Assembly (NCBI GenBank): GCA_030141605.1
Contig: JAQGDQ010000383.1
Location: forward strand, 159,409-223,408
Length of the DNA stretch: 64,000 nt
DNA from: Tubiluchus corallicola
Taxonomy: Eukaryota; Animalia; Priapulida
Direction of reading: 5' to 3'
Below are positions 12,901-24,790 of the stretch, one piece after another. Under the pieces are notes generated by a model that searched no databases, was not told where the DNA came from, and was given only the letters and a program-made list of their open reading frames with translations. A program made the position numbers and the translations under genes. Positions within the stretch are counted from its first letter, which is position 1, and each line of letters opens with the position of its first letter.

Positions 12901-14638
12901 CTCGTACGTCATTCTCACTCACTCGCGCCAAATGCTCAGAACATGGCGATCTTTAAGGCAATACTTGCATTCGAAATTCGCTAGAAAAATGTAAGTTTTT
13001 TCAATTTACAAGTTTCTTTTGTTCAATAATATCTATGATTTTTTCGTGTAATCATAATTATACGTTAAAAAACTTCAATGCCTGTTGGGGTTATATTTAA
13101 TGACAAGATATCATAGACATCTAACCACATATTTGACACACCAGACTAATATGTTAATCTACAACTATAGTACAAGTTAATCTGGTAACATGCTCTCTTT
13201 ATTAGCGTTGACGATCGTTCCGAAAGCATTTTCTATATTATAAATCAAGCCAAAACAAATAATCAGTACAGTTATGACACTACCAGCCAAGGCGTAGAAT
13301 AAATTATATGATTACACATTCACAGGAGTGAAATTCAAATTGTCAGAATACAAGTGGAAATGACTTGAAAAGAGGTTCTCGCATAAAGAAACTGCAAAAA
13401 CATAAAAATAGTACCTTATATATTAGATTCAGGCAAAACCACAACAGCCAGCAAACAATTAGTTTAACAACAAGCAAAATCTACATAATAACATAATAAA
13501 CGTAAACAACATTTCAAATCCTAGAGGCTGGCTCTTTCACGTATTTAAACTGGCAATTCACGTCTAACCGCAGTCCATATAAAAACGTTACATCCAGCTT
13601 TATCAATGAATCCAAGTATCTTTTGTTGGGGATCTACGCTTATACGCAAATTCGTATTGTTTGTAACGCCATAAAATGATTAGACATACTACTTTGATTA
13701 GCTCCCTATAGTCCTAATTAATAACCCGCACGTTGCATAGTCACAGCCACAGGCAAAGTGTAGTCAATAAACTAAGTGTGGCAATATGGTCTAATATGGC
13801 AATCAAAGAAGTTCACTTAGTAAACGTAATCCCTTTAAAAAGTTATAATTATATAAAAGAAATTTTTACCAATTTCAGTTATTTGCGTAAAACCCCAAGG
13901 AGTTACCATGACGTTAGCACATCTGCATCAGTTGACCAGAAGACTACAAGTTTATTGAGACTGTTCATACAAGCAACGTAAATTTTTTTCCTGAGCTAGT
14001 GATTTGTACTAGTTTTTTGTCTAGGCTTTCCGAAATGTAAATGTATTAACAGGACAGTACTCGCATCAACAAGCGAACATCAATGGACTGTATTCGGCAA
14101 TGGTTCCGGGTGACTCGGGAATGGAGGGTGTTTGCATTACACATTGGATCCTTTGCAATAGAAAAAGTATTCCTGGCAATGGCTGATCATAATCCAGTAA
14201 AATAGCTACAAACTTGATAGTTTGCATTTAAGCACAATACTACACTCCATCTATAACAGCAATTCCTATGATGCACGATTAAATGCAGTGTTAGTAGGCG
14301 TAATTGACTCACAATCAGCTCCCCAATTATAAATCACATTTTATTACAACGCTTAATAGCCCACAGTTTAAACTTGTGGGCTTAATTGGCCTAATAGGCC
14401 TAATCCACACTTGACAACCTTATTCCTTAACAATTCATATACTTGAGCGCAATCTTGTAACTGTATTAACAAGTATTACATACCTGGTAATAAGCTCAAC
14501 TGTTTGGAAAATTGCCACAGAGACTCCGCCCAGAAATAAGCAGATCCATAACAACTTAAGAAGCATAAATCTCGAAGTAAAAATGTTTTTTACACCGTGC
14601 GCGCTAGTCTGTTCAGCGAAATCTTTGAGCGAAAGCAT
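955..14638 (-). CDS. DEG/ENaC (amiloride-sensitive channel family) subunit, gene 1; 8 exons, 3' end outside the window
   Basis: Exons 14638-14484, 12622-12439, 11028-10808, 10452-10343, 6381-6218, 4458-4354, 3968-3857 and 1033-955 all have GT-AG boundaries and splice in frame (phases 2,0,2,1,0,0,1,2; about 376 aa). Motifs: pre-TM1 TSAHG, TM1 LLWICLFLGGVSVAIFQ, FPAVTVCN, CNWRGRPC, GNCFTFN, GLKLTL, GFRIVVHDQ, PPHGNC and a 10-Cys thumb (ACGVSC, CGC, C, C, CGCKVAC). Confidence 0.93.
1112..1258. repeat. Compound (CAG)/(GAC)/(CAA) microsatellite
   Basis: Direct inspection; it explains ORFs 1003-1263 and 1010-1357. Confidence 0.9.
1260..2040 (-). mobile_element. CR1/L2-type LINE 3' end (ORF2 C-terminus and 3' UTR)
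   Basis: ORF 1603-2040 (QRKFIRIL...LF..CGIL...YMYETYYNLLP...SFKKYLK) resembles the post-RT tail of these LINEs. The same 3' UTR recurs at 1-300 and 16190-16390. Confidence 0.7.
2040..3312 (+). mobile_element. Helentron/HINE-like non-autonomous element with internal ~145-bp tandem repeats
   Basis: Five units containing tcatcgagacctttcatttgat (near 2052, 2192, 2341, 2490, 2631), a gtgacctttgacct motif, a short (AAT/AAAT) tract and a 3' palindrome ttttgctatagcaaaa (3266-3281). Confidence 0.55.
3354..3487. mobile_element. Small MITE
   Basis: Imperfect TIRs ttaagtagcgtttacgtagcatcc / ggatgctacggaaacgccacttaa. Confidence 0.6.
4850..5171 (+). mobile_element. LINE ORF2 C-terminal Zn-knuckle fragment
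   Basis: ISARKFAIEIGRY...RVCKNC.NKVEAE...EC, a degenerate form of the L.IE.GR...C..C...E.E.H...C motif. Confidence 0.6.
6640..8320 (-). mobile_element. Degraded LINE RT fragment and 3' end (CR1/L2-like)
   Basis: GMPHGSILGAIIFLLQINDLP...MYA in ORF 7878-8063 is a degenerate GVPQGSILGP..F..YINDL..YADD. An upstream LDLKKAFD-like segment lies near 8150-8180. Boundaries approximate. Confidence 0.65.
11146..11414. mobile_element. Penelope-like inverted pseudo-LTR pair (~125-bp imperfect inverted repeat)
   Basis: Arms 11146-11272 and 11291-11414 are reverse complements. Each carries a hammerhead-type core typical of PLE pLTRs. Confidence 0.65.
11216..11253 (-). ncRNA. Minimal type I hammerhead ribozyme motif
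   Basis: Minus strand: UGCAG-CUGAUGA-a-gccc-gtta-gggt-GAAA-GC-UU-CUGCA. Stem I is 5 bp, stem II is 4 bp with one G-U, helix III is minimal and palindromic (AGCU). Confidence 0.6.
11520..12420 (+). mobile_element. Second Helentron/HINE-like element
   Basis: Degenerate internal repeats (gatccgccctctccc...gaaggg), a ggacgacgcacgacggaca tract and a 3' hairpin-like end. Boundaries approximate. Confidence 0.4.
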
Positions 14639-15339
14639 TCTTGAACTTTAGAAATTATCATGAAGACAGAAAAAAATAGTGGCGCTTGCAGAAGTATTCC
14701 GATAACGTTTAACTCTTTTGCGTTTCCTGGTTTTACATAGCTTCGTCCCACGTGATTCCTTGAAGCTTCGTTGTTTTTAGGTATAACAACATCAGACAAT
14801 CGCTTAGTTACTGCAATTACCGGTATAAATACGATTGTTATCTACCTATTCAGAAAACGCTATACACATCTGTGTGCATTAATTGAGTAGTTCGCGATGG
14901 GCTTGCGTGCGACAAAATTAATGGAGATAACGTCATAGAAACGACTGTCATTATTGAAATGGCTTTTGACGAAGCCTGTGCTATATTCATAATAAATGTT
15001 GCTTAATGCGAGCAGGTGCTAACTAACTTAATGCTAACCAAATTGGAGAGCTAACTAGGAAAAATCAATAACTAGTTAACCTGTTCCCCCAAGTTGTTTA
15101 GCAACATTTCTGGTGGTTTTATTAACATTTTGTTTATGGTTAGATGGACAGAATGAATTACAATTCAGGATGCACTCATAGCGGCTTTCGTTCAGTGCAT
15201 AGTTGTACCGAATTTAAATAATATATAACTATTTACAACACATATTCACAAGCAAAGTTTCCTTTCGTCACGTAGGGGCTGCGGTACTGCAACTTCGTTT
15301 ACGGAACATTGGAACAAAAGTATTTGATTATTCACTATT

Positions 15340-15740
15340 GATCGCGTTAGAAATATTTGTGCATCATTTACAAATTCTGGTAAACTATTCCAAATCGGAA
15401 CAACTCTATTAGAAAAAAATGACCAATGTTTTTAGCAAATCACCTAATATACAATTTAAGCTGATTGTTGTCCGATTACACGTCGCTAATGTAAAAAATG
15501 TCTCTGTCTATATCTATGTCTTTATGTCTGACTTGATAACACAATACTAAATCTTTATGTAACTTTAATGAAGTAAGATTTAAAAAGTTCAATCGTAACG
15601 GATATGACAAATAAGTAATGTTACATCTATAGTACAAACGTCTGGTAAAATACCTTTGAACTGCGTGAATTTTATCAAAAAATGGTGGTCGTTCATAAAA
15701 TGGTTGTACATGTATAACCGTGCAACAGCGAAAAATCATC
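15340..15740 (-). mobile_element. CR1-type LINE ORF2 C-terminal fragment
   Basis: VQRYFTRRL...SYPLRL.FLNLTSL...DLVLCY in ORF 15476-15739. Confidence 0.65.
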
Positions 15741-15874
15741 TTGCGAATTATTGTTACTTAATTACCTTATCATTTGGTTACTCTCCGTGATGTCGAGGAA
15801 GTACTATTCACAATATCATTGCAGCCCAGCACTTTAATTCTTAATCGAGTAGCATAATTTTATCTTACTGTGCA

Positions 15875-16015
15875 TTCAGACTAGAGAGTTTCTCGCTAGT
15901 TCTTGCGCAAGTTAACTCACAGCAGCTCTCGGAAAGTTTGCAATTATTTGCGAGAGAACTTGCAAAGTCGTTCTCACTAAACGAGTTTACTCTCAGAGAG
16001 AACTCTCTAGTCTGA
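15875..16015. mobile_element. MITE; related copy near 57575-57805
   Basis: TIRs ttcagactagagagtt / aactctctagtctgaa. Confidence 0.55.
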
Positions 16016-17209
16016 ACCCGCCGTTATACATTTTCTCCGGAGAAAGTTTTACTGTGAAATTATCTTGAATAACAGCTTCTGTTAATGTACATAATTATCA
16101 CTTAACTTGCGTTGCGGAAGCATAGATGTGTCGTCAATACCAGAAATTTGCCCTATAATGGCGTATTTCATCTTTATGAGGAATTAGTATCAATCAATCA
16201 ATCAATCAATCAGTCAATTTATTTCACTCCAGCAATACATATAGAATACATCAACATACAATATTATTGAAAAAAAGAAACAGTATAGGTAAAAAAACGT
16301 TGATGAAGTCAAATTAACCAAATAAAGGGTTGCTGCATGACACCTTGAAAGCTTGGCTTGTTAGGGTGGCAGAAATGAGTGAATGAAAGAAAGGTGATAG
16401 TGATCTTCGCATTAATGTTACTAATTCACTATGAGAATTTATATAGACTCGTTACAACGACACATTGGCAGCTAATTCTGTTTTTCACAAGCAGCCGTAA
16501 AGTCAAAGAGCGTATTTGTTATTATACGAGTGCGAATATCTTTGCAATCGGTATTGAATTGAGTTACCTAGCGCTATGTTGTCTTCTGGAGACTCTTTAT
16601 CAAGGATTTTCCGTAGCCTCTATGTAAACACATGATTACGTAGTACGTTATATTATAATGTTTATCATGTGAAATCCACTTTGCACTTTTTTAAGCATAT
16701 CACTGTGCACTTTTTATATCATATCACGTATTTTTATTACTAAGACATAGCTAGTAAATGTGGCAGGACAATCACTTGTATTAGTAACATACAATTACAG
16801 TTATATAACAAATGTAAATGTATTAATGTAAAACTTTGTAATAATTATTCGCATATTTCAACCACAAGGTCTTGGTTTTCTTCAGATAAACACTACGACA
16901 ATAATTTCATGTTTATTTGGGTCCGAAAGCAAAACTTGGGTTTTTGAATTTGTGCACAATTTAAGCATCAGTTTAGCTCCCCTCTTTCACGATCAAACAT
17001 TTTTAACAAATTGCAGTTTTTCTTTATTTTGTACCCTCTTTGTGAAGAAGTTGGGCAGATTATAAGATTATAAGATACGATTTTCGCAAAGGTTGGTAGA
17101 ATACCAGGCCCAAAAATGTGTCATTTGCGCTTCGTGGAGGTTTCTGAGGAAATTTTATAGTTTTATGAAAACAAAACGACTTTCATTAAAGCTATGAATT
17201 AAAAGAAAG

Positions 17210-17700
17210 GTTAAAAAACATGTTTCCAAGCGTTTCAACTGCAGCCTGCAGTCACCTTTAGTGATGACTACACAAGTAAGCAACCAGTTTTATAGATAGA
17301 ATCTACGGTGCAAAAATTGGGAATTAAATTGCTTTACACATTAAGAGAAGGTTTATTAGGGTACATACATAAACCTTCTTTTATTAATAGGTCCCAGTTA
17401 TTTGTAGCTTTGGCCATACTTCCGAAACTATTAAAATCAGATTTGTGGCCACAGACACAAATATGATCATGAATGCTAGAAATCGAGGAAGACATTTTAA
17501 TTTCTTGCCAGCTCTAGACGAAACGTCCAGAAATATATATATTCTTACTTTAAAGTGTCTGGACGTTTTGCCGTGATAAGCAGCATTGCAGCTGCTACAC
17601 TGAAATCTATAAGCAATACTAGACTGTAAGATTGTGGGTATTTTGTCTTTAGATGGGGAAAAAGAGCCTAAACTATGGCCAAATTTTAACATAATGCATA
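17210..17700 (-). mobile_element. Penelope-like element remnant (GIY-YIG endonuclease fragment and degenerate pLTR)
   Basis: ORF 17384-17692: KDKIP..LQSSIAYRFQCSSCNAAYHGKTSRHFKVRI. A degenerate hammerhead core lies near 17228-17265. Confidence 0.75.
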
Positions 17701-18644
17701 ATTAAATATGGGGCAAAGTTCACTAATTGAGTTTTTGATTGATTGACATGACTGCTTTCAGTTTTTTTATCTTTCTTTCGGAACACGAGACATCAGTCTG
17801 TTCAAGTGGCTCCACCTGACCCTGGGCTATCAATTGCTAATGCGACGCACCCACCAATGATCAATAATGCACACACTTCTAACGTAGTGTAAACATTGAC
17901 AGTTGTGAATCAGTAAAAAAGTTATCAAAATCATAATATGTGATCTAGGTGATTTAAACTAATGCATTTTAATTTTGCAACGTAAACTTGCGTAGACGTT
18001 TTAATTGTGTTTTAAGTAGTTTATTTTTCCTTCTAGTAAACGACATCAGCTTCAATAACATTTCAATTCTGTTCTGTTCTGTTTGAGAAAATCACATTTT
18101 GACTTTCTAAATGTATCCCAATTTCTTGTGATCTACAAACGACCATACAATATGTAAGAAATTAGTATTGAGCCAGGTCTGTACATCACAGGGTGTTTCA
18201 GTATCACCAAAATTTAAATATGAAATGGAGTAGTAATAAACTAAAAATCAATGCTCAGCTACGCTAGGAAACTGTAGACAATATGATCCACAAAAATTTA
18301 AACGAGTCTCTTCTTTAAAAATAGAAACATACGGAAGAAGAGAGAAGTAGCTGCAGTGAGATTATTGACTGGACAGAGAAATTTTAGTGAGTTGATGACT
18401 CGTATTGAATTTGCTAGAGACGAGGTTTGTGAATGCGGTACGGAAGCCTACGTACTGTTTTATTCGCAAGATCGTTCATAACAATATTCTTAGGCTTACG
18501 ATGGAATTCACAAAGGTTTCGTAACCTAAGAAAGTTATTAAATGCGAATTAATATAGCTAGGTATGCTATTAAATTACATCTTAGTGCTATCTGATCTGA
18601 AAAGCTACAAGTTCTTGTAGTTAACTGTCCATTCAAAAACTTGC

Positions 18645-20230
18645 TCATTCTTGCGGTCCTGTTGGTATGTTCGTCTTCTCCAGATTTTGTATTCGCGTGG
18701 GCCGCTTATACAGGCTATAGATGGAAGCAGAAATGAATTGAAAGAACTCGACAAATGTCAGTAAAGAACAACCGATATACAATCCAAATGTTCCACCGAG
18801 TTCGGAGAGCAGGCTAAAACCCTGAAAAATCACAATGCAGATTGAGAATTGTAGATAACGAGGACTTATCAATAATTTATCATCTAAATGTCAAGATTAT
18901 CATGATGAATTAATTAAACTTTGATACCAAATTCGAAAGTCGGGAAATGTGAAAAATTGTAGCACAGCTTGGATTTGAACCAGAAACTTTCGGCTTACAA
19001 CGCCGGCGCCGTAACAACTAGGCCACCGTGTTTCCCGGTGATTATGATTTCCGTTGCAGTTCTTCAGCTTTACACACTACAGTGATTTCGGACTAATTAG
19101 AGAATTTTAATTTGATAAATTTTACGTTCAAAATTTATTATAAACATATATTATTATAAAATATATATAAATATTATTCAAATATTTATTATATATTAAT
19201 GTAATATAACACCCGAGCAAAGTTCAAGCTCAAAATTAATCAAGTAAAAATCATCTGATTACTAGTGTGGGCAATCTAATGTTGGAAATGCTAATGTATG
19301 GAATGTGAAATGATGTATGGAATGCCAAGGTATTAATGCTTCTTTTTGAATATTAATAAATCAATTATGAATATGCAAAATAGATTTATTAATATTAAAA
19401 ATGAATTATGATTTATGAATAATCAAAATTGATTTATGAATAATCACAATTGATTTATGAATAATCAAAATTGATTTATTAATATTCATAAATGATTTAT
19501 TAAAAATAATCACTAAATTCCGTGGAAATAGTTGACTAGCAGGATGAACTTTGGATTGTTATAATCAATCGCCGGGAGAAAAAGTGGTCTACAATGCCTA
19601 GTGGTTATGAATCGGCTTGTAACCTGAAAGTCTTTGGTTCAAATCCAAGCTGTGTTGCAACTTTTCAAGTTTTCCTTCTTTCGAGTGTGGTATCAAAATT
19701 TTTCATTGTAGTGGGTTTACGCTGTCAACGAGGATTGATAATCCTCGACATTGTATATATTTAATGTTTCAGTTTTCATGTGTATCATGATTCCACAATT
19801 GATTTGCTTTAATTTGCAGTATGTGAAAGAACACCTACTGTCTGTACTTGCAGTTTTAGAATAAAATGCAGATAAAATAATATTCCAAAAATGGTTTTGC
19901 ACACATAAACATCTTGCTTTTTCAGTGTCAACGTCGATTATTTGAAGCTAAGCTTTGTAGTATATAAGCAAACAGAAGATGAGAGTTTACTGATATCTCA
20001 ACAGCGAAACTAATTTGCTTTAAGCTGCACTAAAATTACTTACAAAGCATAATAAGAAAACAGAAGCTTAAAGATTACTGATATCAAAACTGCTAATGTG
20101 ATTTCTTTAAGTTGCACAAGATAATAATTCAATAATTCTGAAAAAATTGCTTACAGTGTATTTGGGTTCCGTTTCTATCACCTGGTAGCTCAAGTCACTG
20201 TAGTAAACTTTGATTTTTGCGAATTGCATT
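18645..20230 (-). CDS. DEG/ENaC subunit, gene 2: last two exons only (palm strand, TM2, C-tail)
   Basis: Exon 20230-20155 (MQFAKIKVYYSDLSYQVIETEPKYT) splices in phase 0 to exon 18821-18645 (GFSLLSELGGTFGLYIGCSLLTFVEFF...PQE*). This is the canonical DEG/ENaC TM2 with a GxS filter. No upstream exons were found in the window. Confidence 0.88.
18920..19697. mobile_element. Two tRNA-derived SINE-like heads in back-to-back orientation around an AT-rich core
   Basis: 18920-19047 (minus) and 19561-19697 (plus) share an A-box-like gcctagt(t/g)gtta, a B-box ggttcaaatcc, an anticodon-like loop ttgtaa and a common tail. 20-bp tandem repeats lie at about 19405-19500. Confidence 0.6.
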
Positions 20231-20682
20231 CTAGGAAACATTGTATAGTATTAGTGCAAATAATACAAGTTTGGGCGATACATATTATATGTAAGAAACG
20301 TACTGACATCCTTATTTACTGCACCTGCTTAAAGAAATGTGGGGAAAATACAGGAAACATGAAATACAGAGTATTTGAGTGTTTTGTAAGTGTAAGTAAC
20401 GCATTTGGAAATGTTCACCAACGCACTTCTTTTAACAAAGTGAAGACAAGGGTATTCTAACTTCAATCATTAATTTACTAAAATTTTCATACTTTTGTCA
20501 GTACATTAGCTTAGCTTGTGTTGTGGCAGAACTCTTAAGTTCAGTTCTTTCGAGACTAGTAATAGGGTATGACGAGGTGGTCTCCTTTTTTCCATTACTG
20601 TTGATACATAGACAATAATCAAAAATCTGTCTCAAAAAACCAATGCTACTTGTCGATTGGGTGGTATTGTTATTAACCATAT

Positions 20683-23269
20683 TAAATGGTTGCGGACGGC
20701 ATTTTGTCACGTATCAAGTATTTAATATATTAACCTGTTTACAGAAACCGATTACAGATTACCAGGCATTACCTTGAAGGGAAAACTTTAACGTACCTGG
20801 GTATAATCTATGACATACACAGGTACGCTGCCTTGATGGCGAAATTGCATTTTACCGATGAATACAACAAGGGATTTTTTTGCATAGGCCTATATATTCA
20901 TTATCAATATAATAAATAATAATGAACAAGCACTGTTAGACACTAAATGAAACGTGAGCGTGTAATATTTTTAATACAGAAGTGACTCTATTTTTTTGTA
21001 TGGCGAGACAGCTTAACGTAAATTTATGCCTAAATTCATGCTTAACTCCATATTAAATTTAACCCTTTTTAGAAAGATATGCATAAATAATAGTTACTTT
21101 GTTTCAATTTTCACTTATTAGCAACATGGATATGTAATTAAACTGTATTAGTGCTACGTATCGTGATTAGTTAATATCTGGCAAGTTATTTTCTGTCTAT
21201 ATATCATTAACAGTCAAATTTAAGTGGAACCATATTTCTAAACATGAGACTATTTTTGTGTACTTTACTGTATAATCAAAGAATTCATACTACATCAACA
21301 ATCTAAAATACATGTGCAAATTATATGCTCCAGGATATATTAATTTGATAATTTGAAGCAATTATTTTATTTATCTTTTTTTAAATCAAAGTGGAAGATA
21401 TAGGCAAATAAGTCGGCCCTAATTACTACCTTAGTCTTTTTTGCATTTTTTTTTCTTTTTTAGCAATTACTCACCTTCTTTACCTACATCATTCATATGA
21501 TAACATTCTCATGTCCCGCTTGCGAGAAACCTGTTAAACATAACCAAAAGGCTCTAGGATGTGACAACTGTTATAGGTGGATTCACCTAAGATGCTCACC
21601 GTTATCTGTTGACGATTATAATGACCTGGCTACAGATGATAATGAATGGTTTTGCCATCTTTGCCTACAGTCCATTTTCCCATTTAATAATATACCAGAT
21701 GACGAAGAATTTAAACATATTGCACGTTTTTCAAATATTGGTTCTATCTTGTGCGATTATAATTTAAATCTCTTTTGCACTGAATCAGATGATAGCAATA
21801 ATATCACGAATATGGCAGATCCTGATTTAAATTTTTTTAATACACCAAACTTAATACCAAAAAGCAATTACTATGATGAAGATCAGTTCACATCTTTGTA
21901 CAGTAACACTGATTTCAATACACCACTGTCTATGATCCATGTTAATATTCGTAGCCTAAAAGCTAATTTTGATTATTTAAATGTATATTTAGAATCATTA
22001 ACTATAAGTTCTTCAATTATTGCCTTATCAGAAACATGGCTCCAAGATGATTCAGGAGTAACCATTTCCCTGCCTGGATATGAATTTGAATGTATAAATC
22101 GTAAACACAAATCTGGTGGTGGAGTCGGCTTGCTTATAAGGAAAGACATACCTTATACAGTGAGAAAAGACCTATGCCACATCAATGATCCAGACATAGA
22201 ATCACTTTTCATTGAATTACGCAGCAAGAATAAAAATACAATAATGGGAGTAATATATAGACCACCTGGTGAAAATCCTAACCATTTTACAGACAAAATA
22301 CAGAACACTATGGCAATTGTTAATAGACAAAACAAACATATTTTCTTACTAGGAGACTATAATATAAATTTAATAAACCACGCTTCTCACAACGAAACCG
22401 GACACTTTTTAGACACAATGCTGACCAATTATCTGTTTCCTACTGTTACAAGACCAACAAGAATTACGCCTTATTCAGCAACACTAATTGCTAAAAAAGA
22501 AAAAAATGCAAAAAAGACTAAGGTAGTAATTAGGGCCGACTTATTTGCCTATATCTTCCACTTTGATTTAAAAAAAGATAAATAAAATAATTGCTTCAAA
22601 TTATCAAATTAATATATCCTGGAGCATATAATTTGCACATGTATTTTGGATTGTTGATGTAGTATGAATTCTTTGATTATACAGTAAAGTACACAAAAAT
22701 AGTCTCATGTTTAGAAATATGGTTCCACTTAAATTTGACTGTTAATGATATATAGACAGAAAATAACTTGCCAGATATTAACTAATCACGATACGTAGCA
22801 CTAATACAGTTTAATTACATATCCATGTTGCTAATAAGTGAAAATTGAAACAAAGTAACTATTATTTATGCATATCTTTCTAAAAAGGGTTAAATTTAAT
22901 ATGGAGTTAAGCATGAATTTAGGCATAAATTTACGTTAAGCTGTCTCGCCATACAAAAAAATAGAGTCACTTCTGTATTAAAAATATTACACGCTCACGT
23001 TTCATTTAGTGCCTAACAGTGCTTGTTCATTATTATTTATTATATTGATAATGAATATATAGGCCTATGCAAAAAAATCCCTTGTTGTATTCATCGGTAA
23101 AATGCAATTTCGCCATCAAGACAGCGTACCTGTGTATGTCATAGATTATACCCAGGTACGTTAAAGTTTTCCCTTCAAGGTAATGCCTGGTAATCTGTAA
23201 TCGGTTTCTGTAAACAGGTTAATATATTAAATACTTGATACGTGACAAAATGCCGTCCGCAACCATTTA
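20683..23269. repeat. Long inverted repeat: arms 20683-21469 and 22485-23269, spacer about 1.0 kb
   Basis: The arms are near-perfect reverse complements; I noted three substitutions and one homopolymer-length difference by eye. Confidence 0.95.
21497..22585 (+). mobile_element. LINE ORF2 N-terminus (PHD finger plus APE endonuclease), truncated at about 22490
   Basis: CPAC...CDNC..WIHLRC...WFCHLC PHD finger, then HVNIRS, LSETWL, GGGVGL, IYRPP, LGDYN and PTRIT..SATLI. The last ~30 aa are read-through into the inverted arm. Confidence 0.88.
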
Positions 23270-23695
23270 CGAATCGCTTATTCATTGGACCATTTACCCA
23301 TGTAGTCAAGGTTATCAATTAACATACGGACAAAAAAAACTGGTTTCATTGAACCACACTAAGCTGTTTGTAATTATTACTCGGTGGTATCCGTAGTTTT
23401 GTAATCACTTACAGTACCAACCTGCATAGGCATTACGACTGTACCGATAACTGTTTCTAGTTACCATACAAAAAAATGTGAGCTATTTTTCGCTCACTTA
23501 TACAAAATAAACTTGCAATTATAAATAATACATACACCCGCAGGCATGCACACACAATTAGTACACACGTGAACTGTATTAGGCGAACGGGCAATCTGAC
23601 AAACGGCAAAGAAACTTAAAATAAGAAAGATACCTGTTTACTTGATTAGCGTTAAAGACGAGCATAAGTATAATCAGAATCTGCAACAGTTCAAA

Positions 23696-24790
23696 TTAGG
23701 TTAAGTCCTCTTCACATTTTATTTCGAAGGATTCCATTTTTTCATTAGCTCTCATAAAGATTCTTCCTTGATTTGTCCATACAAATTTATAGCCTCGTTG
23801 TTTTTTGTAATCAACGCACTTTTTGAACAATGCCTTCCTGGCCGGAGTGAGACATTCCCCAATCGAAGGGTATGATAGCAACGAAAACCCTATATCACCA
23901 AGTCTTGGACGGTTTTTCCTTTGCTTATATATGTTATCCCTGACTGACCTTCTTGTAAATTTCACTATAATCGGCGGCACCCCTTTTTCTGACGGTATGC
24001 GGTGTACTGCACTAATATCCATATCATTTATCTGCAAGCCCATGCTCGTAATTATACGGCTGATGATGCTATAAATGTTCTCGTCTTTTTGTTCTGGGAG
24101 GCCGTAAAATAACAGACAGTCCCTGCGCACGTATTGTTCCAAGTTATCAATTTCGGATTTATAAACGGCTATTTGTCTACGAGCATCATTAAGGTTAGCC
24201 TCAAGTTCTTTATTGATTTTTTCTGCATTATCAATCCTGACTGCATTATTCTCTAGTTTAGAATACAATTTATCGTACTTGGTTTCTAGAGATTTTTGTC
24301 TCGTTTTAACTTCTATTAACTCAGCAGAAATTTTTGCAAATTGTTCATTCATTTCGGCTTTACTTTGAAGAATGGCAGCTAAAAGTTTATCATCTGAACG
24401 ATTTGATTTACCTTGAGCTACAGCGTCATCCTCGGTTTGGGTTGCAGTCGCCCCTTCGTTTTCCTCTGACAAAAACGAACAAGACATTCCTGAAGTCACA
24501 TCGTTATTTTCCATTGCTGCTGAAGTGCTTTCTTTGTTTGTCGGCTTGTATACAGGTTGTTTTTTGCTTTTCACTTCCGTTTTAGATTTAGTCATTGATC
24601 TTGTTTGCATATCACAATTAACTTTCTGCTCATATAACGGCAAGTATCAAAACTGCAGCATTATAAATTTTAACTTATATTTTCAACATTTTTATCGGCA
24701 AATCAGTCGACCTTCACAAGATTTCGAAATTTTAAAACATGTTACAGGTGAGCGTTACCAGCGTAGCAGCGTATAAACACGTCCGCTCAG
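23696..24790 (-). mobile_element. LINE 5' UTR and intact ORF1 (coiled coil, RRM, C-terminal domain; CR1/L2 type)
   Basis: 315-aa ORF 24643-23696 with LEQYVRRDCLLFYGLPE, HRI, PPIIVKF, ECLTP and YKFVWT..GRIF.R. Probable 5' end gagcggacgtgttt at about 24788. Confidence 0.85.

Noticed and set aside
20300-20330. Micro-exon upstream of channel-2 exon 20230
   Set aside because: The candidate ag|gtgcag...gtca|gtacgt is only 21 nt, has no channel motif, and I could not link it to any upstream exon.
21497-22585. Host PHD-finger gene
   Set aside because: Intronless PHD plus APE endonuclease is the ORF2 N-terminus of CR1/L2-type LINEs, and the matching ORF1 is adjacent.
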